Source: an uncultured Alphaproteobacteria bacterium (GTDB lineage: Bacteria > Pseudomonadota > Alphaproteobacteria > CADEGL01). From it: a stretch of DNA of 64,000 nt. Below are positions 46,750 through 55,171 of the stretch, one piece after another. The translations under genes and the position numbers were made by a program. Position 1 is the stretch's first letter; each line of letters begins with the position of its first letter. The notes below the pieces were generated by a model. It saw only the letters and a list, made by a program, of their open reading frames with translations, had not been told where the DNA came from and searched no databases. The stretch lies in contig CADEGL010000010.1 in the NCBI GenBank assembly GCA_902826885.1, positions 4,037 to 68,036 on the forward strand, in the 5' to 3' direction.

Positions 46750-47394
46750 TCAGCGCTGTCCCTTCGTCTCCAGGTCGGCTGGGGTGATGTCGACGCACGG
46801 CACGGTGACGCTAGCCCGCGCATAGGGGCGGTAATCGCCTCGCTCGAGCTTCGCCTCCATCGCCCGTGCGAAAGGGGCCAAGTCCCGGGCAGCCAGCAGG
46901 TTGGCCTGGGCCGGAGTCAGGTCCGCGCGCCCGAAATAACGGGCCAAGGTCGCGAGCGCGACGAAGCCCAGGACGGGCCGGTCCCCGTCCCACCCCTCGA
47001 TGACGGTTTGGTCCGTGCCCGGATGGGCGTGGATCACGGCAAGCCGGTCCAAGGCGACCGCGGTCTCGTTGACCAGGACACGGACGGCGGCCGAGACAGC
47101 GTTCAGGTCGCCGGCCCGGACCGCGCCGCGCAAATTCTGGATGACGGGCGCCACGCGCCCCCATTTCCCGGCCGAGTCCTGCTGGCGCTGGCGAAGGGCC
47201 TGAGTGCGCCCGGGGCCGGTCAGCGCCACGCCGTTGCTGCTGGCCGGGCGGCCTACCCGGCGGGGCGCCGACGCGACCCAAGCGTCATGGGCCTCGGTAT
47301 AGGCCGTCCCGGTTTCGGCAGATGGGTTCTGCCGCGCCTGGGTCCACGCGGCTTCGATATTGGCCAAGGCGGTTTCGAGTTTTCGATCAGCCAC
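46750..47394 (-). CDS. hypothetical protein
   Basis: Clean 214-aa ORF with no recognisable family. The AT-rich island forms its upstream region. Confidence 0.45.
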   Translation of the reverse strand: MADRKLETALANIEAAWTQARQNPSAETGTAYTEAHDAWVASAPRRVGRPASSNGVALTGPGRTQALRQRQQDSAGKWGRVAPVIQNLRGAVRAGDLNAVSAAVRVLVNETAVALDRLAVIHAHPGTDQTVIEGWDGDRPVLGFVALATLARYFGRADLTPAQANLLAARDLAPFARAMEAKLERGDYRPYARASVTVPCVDITPADLETKGQR

Positions 47395-47506
47395 GGGCTT
47401 ATATTATTTCGCTGGCAGCGAAAATAATATACCAATAATTTAGTTACCAGCTAAAATATTAAATCATATTTATCAATATCATGTTAATGAATCCTGGTGC
47501 GCGTGC
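47395..47506. repeat. AT-rich island (~25% GC) with a 13-bp-stem palindrome TATTATTTCGC-TGG-CAGCGAAAATAATA
   Basis: GC content drops sharply from the ~68% flanks. It sits between two minus-strand genes. Confidence 0.6.
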
Positions 47507-49000
47507 TCAATCGAGCCCCGCCTTCTTTCGGATGATGGCGAGGCCCTCGCTACGGTCGTAGGTGCGATACAGCTCCTCGCGCAGGGGAGCGGCCGGGGTG
47601 GCGTTGAGGTTCTCGAACAAGGCGATGCGCAGGGCGGCGCCGCTCGAACTCATGTCCCAGATCAGGTTGAACAACCGGTTCTTCTCCCGCGCCGAAACCT
47701 TATAGCCGGGCAGATAACGGTCGAGCAGGGGGCCGATATCCTGCCGTTCCCAGGTCGCGCGCGGCACCCGGCTGATGAGGCCCTGGCCGGACAGTTCGCG
47801 CAGGTGCTGCATGATGCCCGGCAGGCCGACCACGGAGTGGAGGCGACAGGCCGTGACCATGACCGGATCGGGCAGGAACACCCCGCTCTCGGTCGCCTGC
47901 GCCCGCTCCACCGCCGCGACCATGAAGGCGCGCAGGGTGGCGGCATAGGCGCAGACATCGGCCACGAGTGCCCGCACGCCTTGGATGTGGTCGGTGCCAA
48001 GCGCATCGACGATGGCTTGCGCGGCGCCCGCGAAGATCTCGGCCCGGTAGGACAGGCGGGCTGCGATCTTGAACTGGGCGAAGCGGCCGAGCGTGTAGTA
48101 AGCGCCGGAGGTCGCCTTGTTCTTGAAACTGAAGACGTACTCGTCCGGGATGAAAACCCGGTCGAACAGGAGCATCCCGTCGCCTTCCTCGCCGGCCGAA
48201 TCGAGCGGGTGGTCCTCGGGGTGCTCGAGGCCCGTGGTCGCGGGCTCGCGCAGGATGTTCTTAATGCCCTCGACGTGGGAGGGCACGACCGACCACAGCA
48301 TGCATTCGTCGGGCATGGTCGGGTTGGGCGGCGGCATGGAGATCGTGCCGATATTGCCCTGGGCCATGACCGAGTTGCCGGCCTTGATGCCGGAGACGAT
48401 CACCCCGTCCTTGCGTTGCTCCACAACCCGCAGCCGCCCCTCCTGTTCGGGCATGGGCAGCTTCCGGCTGGTCTGGACGTCGATGATGATGTCGGCGCTG
48501 ACCAGGTTATGGCGCTGGCCGATCTCGATGAAGCGCTCGATCTTGTCGATCGCGCCGGGCTCCTCTTTCTTCACCAGGTGGTTGAAGGCCATGAAGCCGA
48601 TGGCCTTGACCGGGCCGTAATCGGGCGGGCGGCCGAAGACGCCGAACGTGTGCAAGGTCGAGAAGCGGATCGTGGCCAGATGCCGCTTCAGATCGTCCTT
48701 GCTGCGCGGCACCAGCCAGCCGGTGGCGATGCGGTTGCCGCTTTTGGGTTCGATCGAGGTGACCTCCTCGCGCGTCTCGGGATCGAACTGCGCGTCGAAC
48801 AGGCCCGCCAAGGTGTCGATGCCGCGGCGGAGTTGCGGTTCCTTCGTCACGTCCTCGACGTCTCGGCCGCCCAGGATGACGGCGCGCCCGTCGCGCAAAG
48901 ACTCGACATACTGCGCGCCCGTGCGCAAGCAAGGGTCGGTGCGCTCGACTGCGCGTCCCACCAGCCATTCGCCCGTGGCGGGCGGCGTGGACTTGTTCAT
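47507..49000 (-). CDS. HpaB-family flavin-dependent monooxygenase oxygenase component (4-hydroxyphenylacetate 3-hydroxylase-like)
   Basis: HpaB/4-hydroxybutyryl-CoA-dehydratase fold blocks. The listed 821-aa ORF is a 5' frame extension through the upstream gene; the real start is MNKST at 49000. Confidence 0.7.
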   Translation of the reverse strand: MNKSTPPATGEWLVGRAVERTDPCLRTGAQYVESLRDGRAVILGGRDVEDVTKEPQLRRGIDTLAGLFDAQFDPETREEVTSIEPKSGNRIATGWLVPRSKDDLKRHLATIRFSTLHTFGVFGRPPDYGPVKAIGFMAFNHLVKKEEPGAIDKIERFIEIGQRHNLVSADIIIDVQTSRKLPMPEQEGRLRVVEQRKDGVIVSGIKAGNSVMAQGNIGTISMPPPNPTMPDECMLWSVVPSHVEGIKNILREPATTGLEHPEDHPLDSAGEEGDGMLLFDRVFIPDEYVFSFKNKATSGAYYTLGRFAQFKIAARLSYRAEIFAGAAQAIVDALGTDHIQGVRALVADVCAYAATLRAFMVAAVERAQATESGVFLPDPVMVTACRLHSVVGLPGIMQHLRELSGQGLISRVPRATWERQDIGPLLDRYLPGYKVSAREKNRLFNLIWDMSSSGAALRIALFENLNATPAAPLREELYRTYDRSEGLAIIRKKAGLD

Positions 49001-49917
49001 GGCCGCACCTTGTCCGGCTTCACGTCGCCCAATTCCGGGATAGGGCCGGTGTAGTAGGGCAGCTGGTCCACGCGCGGCTGCCAACGGCCTTCGGCCGCCA
49101 TCTTGCGCGCATGGGCCGCGATCTCTTCCAAGGGCGCGAACCACACCTTGCCCTTGCGCGCCATGTGCTGGATCAGCTTGTCGATCCACATGGCGCGCGC
49201 CAGGCGTCCGGACAGGAACGGGTGCCAGACGGAAATCCACAGGCCGCCGTACTCCCACGCGGCCTCGAATTCGTCGACGAAGACCTGATAGGCCTGGCTC
49301 GGCGCCTTCACGGCCATGATGTAGTTGAAGTCGCGGCTGACTTGGTAATGCGGCCAATCGTCGAGGCCGTAATGCGAGGGCAGCTCGACCACCGAGCCCT
49401 TCTTGTTGGAGAGGATGTAGGGGATGTCGTCGCCGAACAGGGACGCGTCGTATTCGATTCCGTTGTCGAGCAGGATGTCGAGCGTATTGCGCGAGAATTT
49501 GTAGGTCGCGGCGCGATAGCCGCGCGGCTTGCGCCCCGTGGCTTTCACGATCACGTCCATCGAGCGTTCGAACCAATAGCGCTCCTCGTCGGGCTCCAGC
49601 TCGTTCGGGTGCTCGTGCAGATAGCTGTGATGCGCGATCTCGTGACCGTCCTTCAGGATGGTTTCGACCGCGGCCGGATAGCGCTCGATGCACCAGGCCG
49701 GCAGGAAGAAGGTCTGCTTGATGCCGTGGCGCCGGTACATGTCGACCAGGCGCGGCACCGCGACCTCGGGCCCGTAACGCAGGCCCGACATGGATGCCAC
49801 GCGTGTGTCGGCCGAGGCGTGATGGGCCAAATGCAGGATGCTGTCGGCATCCATGTCGAAGGTGAAGGCCACGGCGCAGCGCGCGCCGTCGGGCCACGGA
49901 ATCTGGTTGCGGATCAC
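48997..49917 (-). CDS. polysaccharide deacetylase (CE4/NodB-homology, PuuE-like) family protein
   Basis: NodB-homology motifs (FTFDMD, HSYLH). It is translationally coupled to the downstream gene by an ATGA overlap. Confidence 0.75.
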   Translation of the reverse strand: MIRNQIPWPDGARCAVAFTFDMDADSILHLAHHASADTRVASMSGLRYGPEVAVPRLVDMYRRHGIKQTFFLPAWCIERYPAAVETILKDGHEIAHHSYLHEHPNELEPDEERYWFERSMDVIVKATGRKPRGYRAATYKFSRNTLDILLDNGIEYDASLFGDDIPYILSNKKGSVVELPSHYGLDDWPHYQVSRDFNYIMAVKAPSQAYQVFVDEFEAAWEYGGLWISVWHPFLSGRLARAMWIDKLIQHMARKGKVWFAPLEEIAAHARKMAAEGRWQPRVDQLPYYTGPIPELGDVKPDKVRP

Positions 49918-50023
49918 GGCTTGTCCTCCCCCTGTGCGCGCCCGAAGGGGCGCCGGGGAGGCAGCGTTGCAAACCCGCTCTCGATAGAGAAATATAGTTT
50001 CTCGATCATCGGGATCAGGAAAT

Positions 50024-50944
50024 TTGATCGACGTATCGCTCCGCGTGCTGCGCTATTTCGTCGCCGCCGCCGACCACGGCAACGTGACCGCGGCGGCGCG
50101 GGCGCTCACGGTGTCGCAGCCCTCGGTCTCCCTCGCCATCGCCCAGCTCGAGGCGGCGGCGGGCACCCAGCTTTTCGTGCGTCAGCATTCGCGCGGCGTG
50201 GCACTGACGCAAGCTGGCACCACGGTCTTGCGCGAGGCGCGGAAGCTTTTGGCCCATGTGGGCGACTTCGCCGACGGCGTCTCGGGCGTGGCGGAAGAAA
50301 CGCGCGGCAGCCTGGCCATCGGGTGCCTCGGCTATTTGGCGCCGCGCTATCTGGCCGGCCTTTTGGGCGGCTTCCTGGCGCAGTATCCGCAGACGGATGT
50401 GACCTTCCGCGACGGCGACCAGCCCGATCTCATCCGTGGCATGGTCAACGGCGAGCTGGAGGTGGCGCTGACCTACGATCTGATGCTGCCGCGCCCTTTC
50501 ACGGTCGAGCCGTTGCTCGATCTGCCGCCCTATATCCTGCTGCCCGCGCGGCACCGGCTGGCCAAGCACGGCGCCATCCATCTGCGCGAGGTCGCGGATG
50601 AGCCTTGCGCGATGCTCGACCTGCCGATCAGTCAGGATTATTTCGGCTCGGTCTTCGCCTCGCTCGGACTTGCGCCCAACGTGCGCTATCGCACGGGTTC
50701 GATGGAGACCGTGCGCAGCCTGGTCGGCAACGGGTTGGCCTATTCCATCCTGACATTGCCGCTCAAGATCTCCGCCACCTACGACGGCAAGCGCATGGCG
50801 ACCGTGCGCCTGCGCGATTCGATCCAGCCTGCGCGCGTCGCCGCCGTGCATCTTGCCGAACACAAGCCGCGCCCCATCGCCCAGTCTTTCCTGGCCTTCG
50901 CGCGCGACTATTTCCGCAAGCAGGCAAGGCCAGGCGAGCGGTAA
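50024..50944 (+). CDS. LysR-family transcriptional regulator (TTG start)
   Basis: HTH LRYFVAAADHGNVTAAARALTVSQPSVSLAIAQLE. It is divergent from the deacetylase operon. A GAGAAA-N5-TTTCTC inverted repeat lies at 49987-50003 in the shared intergenic region. Confidence 0.75.
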   Translation: MIDVSLRVLRYFVAAADHGNVTAAARALTVSQPSVSLAIAQLEAAAGTQLFVRQHSRGVALTQAGTTVLREARKLLAHVGDFADGVSGVAEETRGSLAIGCLGYLAPRYLAGLLGGFLAQYPQTDVTFRDGDQPDLIRGMVNGELEVALTYDLMLPRPFTVEPLLDLPPYILLPARHRLAKHGAIHLREVADEPCAMLDLPISQDYFGSVFASLGLAPNVRYRTGSMETVRSLVGNGLAYSILTLPLKISATYDGKRMATVRLRDSIQPARVAAVHLAEHKPRPIAQSFLAFARDYFRKQARPGER

Positions 50945-51007
50945 TCCTACAGGGGTTTGGAAGGCCCCTTCGTGTCGCGTCGCATGTCATTTGCCACTCA
51001 TCGGCAC

Positions 51008-51108
51008 GTCACCCCGGACTTGATCCGGTCCGGTGCTGGCCGTCAGGCCAGCGGAAAACCTCGTTTGCGCGCTCCGCGCGACTGGACCCCGGATCAAGTC
51101 CGGGGCGA
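51008..51108. repeat. structured element bounded by 21-bp near-perfect inverted repeats (GTCaCCCCGGACTTGATCCGG / CCGGATCAAGTCCGGGGcGAC), with an internal palindrome CTGGCC-GTCA-GGCCAG
   Basis: The arms at 51008-51028 and 51089-51109 match at 20 of 21 positions and flank a ~60-nt core. It is intergenic between the LysR gene and nfeD. Confidence 0.55.
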
Positions 51109-51199
51109 CGGACGAGGTTTGCATCTGGCCGCGCGGCTTGGGATGCGGCCATGCCGGGCGTAGACTGGAGTTCCGACGTCGGCTGAACCGCGAGGTCCC

Positions 51200-52591
51200 A
51201 TGATCGTCGCGCTGCCTAAGGCAAGTCCGTTCCGCAAGGCGCGTCTGCTGATCTGCGGCCTCTTTCTGGGCTTGCCGTTTCTCGGCGCGCTGGCCGCGCC
51301 GCCCATTCCGGCGTCCGGCGCGGCCGTCGTCTTCAACGTCAAAGGTGCCATCGGCGTCGCCACCGGCGATTTCGTCGCCAAGACCCTGGCACGCGCGAGA
51401 AGCGAGAACGCGGGCATCGTGGTGATGCGTCTCGACACGCCCGGCGGCCTCTTGGAATCCACCCGCGCGGTGATTCAGGCGATTTTGGCTTCGCCCGTCC
51501 CGGTCGTCGTCTATGTGGCGCCCAGCGGCGCACGGGCGGCTTCGGCGGGCACCTACATGGTCTATGCCGCGCATGTGGCGGCCATGGCGCCGGGCACCCA
51601 TCTCGGCGCCGCGACGCCGGTGCGCATCGGCGGCGTGCCGGGCGGTCCGCCGCCCGAGCCGCCGGATGCGTCGAAGAAGAAAAAGGGCGCGCCCGCCGGC
51701 GATGACGCGGCGATGGAGAAGAAGATCCTCAACGACTCGGTCGCATACTTGCGCACCCTCGCGCAGTTGCGCGGGCGCAACGCGGCTTGGGCGGAGAAGG
51801 CCGTGCGCGACGGCGCCACGCTGACGGCCGAGGAGGCGCGCAAGCAGGGCGTGGTGGAGATCGTGGCGCGCGATCTGCCCGACCTTCTCGTTCAACTTGA
51901 CGGGCGCACCGTGCGCACCGCCGAGGGCGAGCGGCGCCTCGCGACCAAGGACAAGCCGGTGGTCGAGGTTACGCCAGACTTTCGCACGCGCTTCCTGTCC
52001 GTGATCGCCGACCCGAACGTGGCCTTCATCCTCATGCTGATCGGCATCTACGGCATCCTGTTCGAGTTCTGGCATCCGGGGGCGGTGGCGCCCGGCGTTA
52101 TCGGCGGCATAAGCCTGATCGTGGCCGCCATGGCGCTGGCCATGTTGCCGGTCGACTATGCCGGACTCGCGCTGCTCCTGCTCGGCCTGGCGCTCATGGT
52201 GGCCGAGGCGTTCGCGCCCAGCTTCGGCGCGCTCGGCATCGGCGGGGTTGTGGCGTTCGTGTTCGGCGCGATCTTCCTGTTCGACGAGAACGCGGCCGAT
52301 TTCGAATTCGGCGTCGCCCTGCCGGTGATAGCAGGCGGTGCCTTGACCAGCTTCGGCATGCTGGCCTTCGTGCTCGGCTTCGCGATCAAGGCGCGCAGGC
52401 GGCCGGTCGTCAGCGGCGCGGAGCAGATCGTCGGCAGCACGGGCACCGTGGTCGATTGGCAGGGCGCCGAGGGCCGCATCCGCACCCATGGCGAGGTGTG
52501 GGCGGCGCGTGCTGTTCAGCCCCTCGATCCCGGCCGCACCGTCCGTGTTGTGGCCCGCCAAGGCCTCACGCTGATCGTCGAGCCCGCATAG
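51200..52591 (+). CDS. NfeD-family membrane-bound serine protease
   Basis: Signal/TM region, a ClpP-like protease domain, a C-terminal multi-TM domain and an OB-fold tail. It forms the classic operon with the downstream SPFH gene. Confidence 0.8.
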   Translation: MIVALPKASPFRKARLLICGLFLGLPFLGALAAPPIPASGAAVVFNVKGAIGVATGDFVAKTLARARSENAGIVVMRLDTPGGLLESTRAVIQAILASPVPVVVYVAPSGARAASAGTYMVYAAHVAAMAPGTHLGAATPVRIGGVPGGPPPEPPDASKKKKGAPAGDDAAMEKKILNDSVAYLRTLAQLRGRNAAWAEKAVRDGATLTAEEARKQGVVEIVARDLPDLLVQLDGRTVRTAEGERRLATKDKPVVEVTPDFRTRFLSVIADPNVAFILMLIGIYGILFEFWHPGAVAPGVIGGISLIVAAMALAMLPVDYAGLALLLLGLALMVAEAFAPSFGALGIGGVVAFVFGAIFLFDENAADFEFGVALPVIAGGALTSFGMLAFVLGFAIKARRRPVVSGAEQIVGSTGTVVDWQGAEGRIRTHGEVWAARAVQPLDPGRTVRVVARQGLTLIVEPA

Positions 52592-52618
52592 AGCCCGAAA
52601 AAAAAGGAGACGACGTCC

Positions 52619-53401
52619 ATGACTGGCTTCCTGGACTTCCTGCCCGTCGCGATCGTGCTGCCGCTGATCGTGATCGTCATCCTTCTGAGCCAGGCGCTGC
52701 GCATCCTGCGCGAGTACGAGCGCGGCGTCGTCTTCATGCTGGGCCGCTTCTGGCGCGTGAAGGGGCCGGGCCTCATCATCCTCATCCCCATCCTGCAGAA
52801 GATGGTGCGCATCGATTTGCGCACGCGCGTGCTCGACGTGCCGAGCCAGGACGTGATTTCGCGCGACAACGTCTCGGTCAAGGTGAACGCCGTTCTTTAC
52901 TACCGCGTCATCGATCCGGAGAAGGCCATCATCCAGGTCGAGAATTACGACGTGGCCACCAGCCAGTTGGCGCAGACCACGTTGCGCTCGGTGCTGGGCC
53001 AGCACGAGCTGGACGAGATGCTATCGGGCCGCGACAAACTCAATGCCGACATCCAGCGCATCCTCGATCAGCAGACCGACGCCTGGGGCATCAAGGTCGC
53101 GAATGTCGAGCTGAAACACGTTGATCTGAATGAAACCATGGTGCGCGCCATCGCCAAGCAGGCCGAGGCCGAGCGGTTGCGCCGTGCCAAAGTGATCGAC
53201 GCTGAGGGCGAATTCCAAGCCGCGCAGAAGCTTCTGGAGGCGGGCGAAATCCTGGCCGCCAAGCCCCAGGCCATGCAGCTCCGCTATCTCGGCACGCTGC
53301 TCAACATCGCGGGCGAGAAAAGCTCGACCATCGTCTTCCCGATGCCGGTCGAGCTGCTGGAATGGTTCCGGGGCGTCAGCGGTAGCAAGGAAAAACCTTA
53401 G
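52619..53401 (+). CDS. SPFH/band-7 (stomatin-like) protein
   Basis: N-terminal TM followed by an SPFH domain ([14 protein letters not shown]...). Confidence 0.85.
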   Translation: MTGFLDFLPVAIVLPLIVIVILLSQALRILREYERGVVFMLGRFWRVKGPGLIILIPILQKMVRIDLRTRVLDVPSQDVISRDNVSVKVNAVLYYRVIDPEKAIIQVENYDVATSQLAQTTLRSVLGQHELDEMLSGRDKLNADIQRILDQQTDAWGIKVANVELKHVDLNETMVRAIAKQAEAERLRRAKVIDAEGEFQAAQKLLEAGEILAAKPQAMQLRYLGTLLNIAGEKSSTIVFPMPVELLEWFRGVSGSKEKP

Positions 53402-53601
53402 GTTCTCGAATCTCGTCGCATTTCGCACAGAATTGGCAGGCTTTGCCGGTGGCGGAATCGCGTGCGTGATCGGCGGCGGAGCGTGGGTCTAAGCTACTGA
53501 TTCAAAACCAAAAGTTTATGCCTTGGTTATGTGTGCAATGCGGTAAGTCGGTGTTTTTACTCGGATAAGTCGGCACGGCCGTTGCTCCTGATACTTTCGT
53601 T

Positions 53602-55077
53602 ATGGCGACGTTCTATGGCACTCCAGGCAACGACACGATCAGCGGCACAAAGAAGGTCGATCTGATCTATGGCTATGCGGGCAACGACACGCTCTCCGGC
53701 ATCGCGGGCAACGACACCATCTATGGCGGTGTCGACAGCGACACGATCTTCGGCGGCAAGGGCAGCACCATCCTGTGGGGTGACGAGGGCTGGTACCAAG
53801 ACGCGGATGGCAACGACGTTATCCATGGCGGCTCGGCCGGCAACAACACGCTCTATGGCGGCGGCGGCCGGGACATCATCTTCGGCAGCGGCAAGCGCGA
53901 CCTGATCTATGGCGACCTCTGGTACGCCAATTCTAACGCGCGGCCCGAGGGCTGGCACAACGACACTATCGACGGCGGCAAGGGCGACGACACCATTTAT
54001 GGCGGCAACGATTCCGACAGTATCGTGGGTGGCGATGGTAACGATCTAATCCACGGCGACTATGCTTCGTCCACCCTCTATGACGGCGCCGATTCGATTG
54101 ACGGCGGCAAGGGCGACGACACGATCTATGGCGGTGGCGCGGGCGACACGATCGACGGCGCCAACGACGACGACCTGATCTACGGCGACTTCGGCTCGTT
54201 CTCCGACCAGGACGGCTCCGACCTGATTAATGCCGGCGCGGGCAAGGACACCGTCTATGGCAGCGGCGGCAACGACAACATCTTCGGCGAAGACGACGAC
54301 GACGTGCTGTGGGGCGGCTTCGACCTCTACGATTCGCGCGACGGTAACGACACGATCAACGGCGGCGCGGGCAAGGACACGGTCTATGGCGGCGCGGGCG
54401 AGGACCTCATCTATGGCGGCGACCACAATGACACTCTTTGGGGTGGCCTAGGCTTTAGCTATTACGACCCGCTGGACGGCAACGACATCATCTACGGCGA
54501 CAAGGGCAACGACACGATTTACGGCGGCGGCGGCCGCGACACGCTCTACGGCGGCGACGACAACGACGTCATCTATGGCGACTTGAATCTGAACTACAGC
54601 AGCTCATACGAAGGCATCGATCTGCTGGTCGGCGGCAACGGCAACGACACCACGTATGGCGGCGGCGGCGATGACACGCTGTGGGCCGAAAGCGGCGGCG
54701 ACTCGCTGTTCGGCGGCAAGGGCGGCGACGATCTGTATGCCGGTTCGGGTTCGACCTATATGTCGGGCGGTGAGGATTACGACACGTATTTCTTCGGCCG
54801 CGGCGACGGGGTGGCCACCATCGAGGATGGCGGCACCGGCGCGAACGCGCTCCAGATCTATTACGGCTTCAACGGCCCGCCGCAGAACATCACACCGAGC
54901 GACATCGCCTTCACGAACAACAACAATGGCACCTGGACGATCACCATCACCGCGACAAACGATACGGTGACCTTCAAGTCCAGCGAGATCTACGACATCA
55001 ACGTTTGGGGCACCAACCAGGCCTATTGGTACGAATGGAACGGCACCGACTACGGCTCGCCCCACCTCGACGTCTAA
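53602..55077 (+). CDS. RTX-type calcium-binding repeat protein (hemolysin-type beta-roll), putative T1SS substrate
   Basis: More than 25 GG-x-G-x-D-x-(L/I/F)-x nonapeptide repeats. There is no N-terminal signal peptide, and the acidic C-terminus is consistent with T1SS secretion. Confidence 0.8.
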   Translation: MATFYGTPGNDTISGTKKVDLIYGYAGNDTLSGIAGNDTIYGGVDSDTIFGGKGSTILWGDEGWYQDADGNDVIHGGSAGNNTLYGGGGRDIIFGSGKRDLIYGDLWYANSNARPEGWHNDTIDGGKGDDTIYGGNDSDSIVGGDGNDLIHGDYASSTLYDGADSIDGGKGDDTIYGGGAGDTIDGANDDDLIYGDFGSFSDQDGSDLINAGAGKDTVYGSGGNDNIFGEDDDDVLWGGFDLYDSRDGNDTINGGAGKDTVYGGAGEDLIYGGDHNDTLWGGLGFSYYDPLDGNDIIYGDKGNDTIYGGGGRDTLYGGDDNDVIYGDLNLNYSSSYEGIDLLVGGNGNDTTYGGGGDDTLWAESGGDSLFGGKGGDDLYAGSGSTYMSGGEDYDTYFFGRGDGVATIEDGGTGANALQIYYGFNGPPQNITPSDIAFTNNNNGTWTITITATNDTVTFKSSEIYDINVWGTNQAYWYEWNGTDYGSPHLDV

Positions 55078-55122
55078 AAAGACCGCGACGGTCGGTCGCC
55101 AGCTCTGGTGCATGATGGAAAT

Positions 55123-55157
55123 AAAAAGGGCCCGCCTCCCGAAGGCGGGCCCTTTTC
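55123..55157. terminator. bidirectional rho-independent terminator
   Basis: AAAAA-GGGCCCGCCT-CCCGAA-GGCGGGCCC-TTTT sits between the convergent RTX (+) and DAO (-) genes. Confidence 0.8.
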
Positions 55158-55171
55158 ATTTCAGCGGCGTA

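Noticed and set aside
47395-47506. AT-island palindrome as a rho-independent terminator
   Set aside because: There is no U-tract after the stem on either strand. It is kept as a finding of unknown function instead.
47507-49972. 821-aa ORF treated as one gene
   Set aside because: The first ~325 codons are an out-of-frame read-through of the deacetylase gene, so it splits into deacetylase (48997..49917) and HpaB-like (47507..49000).
50987-53005. 672-aa minus-strand ORF
   Set aside because: Antisense to the nfeD-stomatin operon, with an R/D/H-rich nonsense composition.
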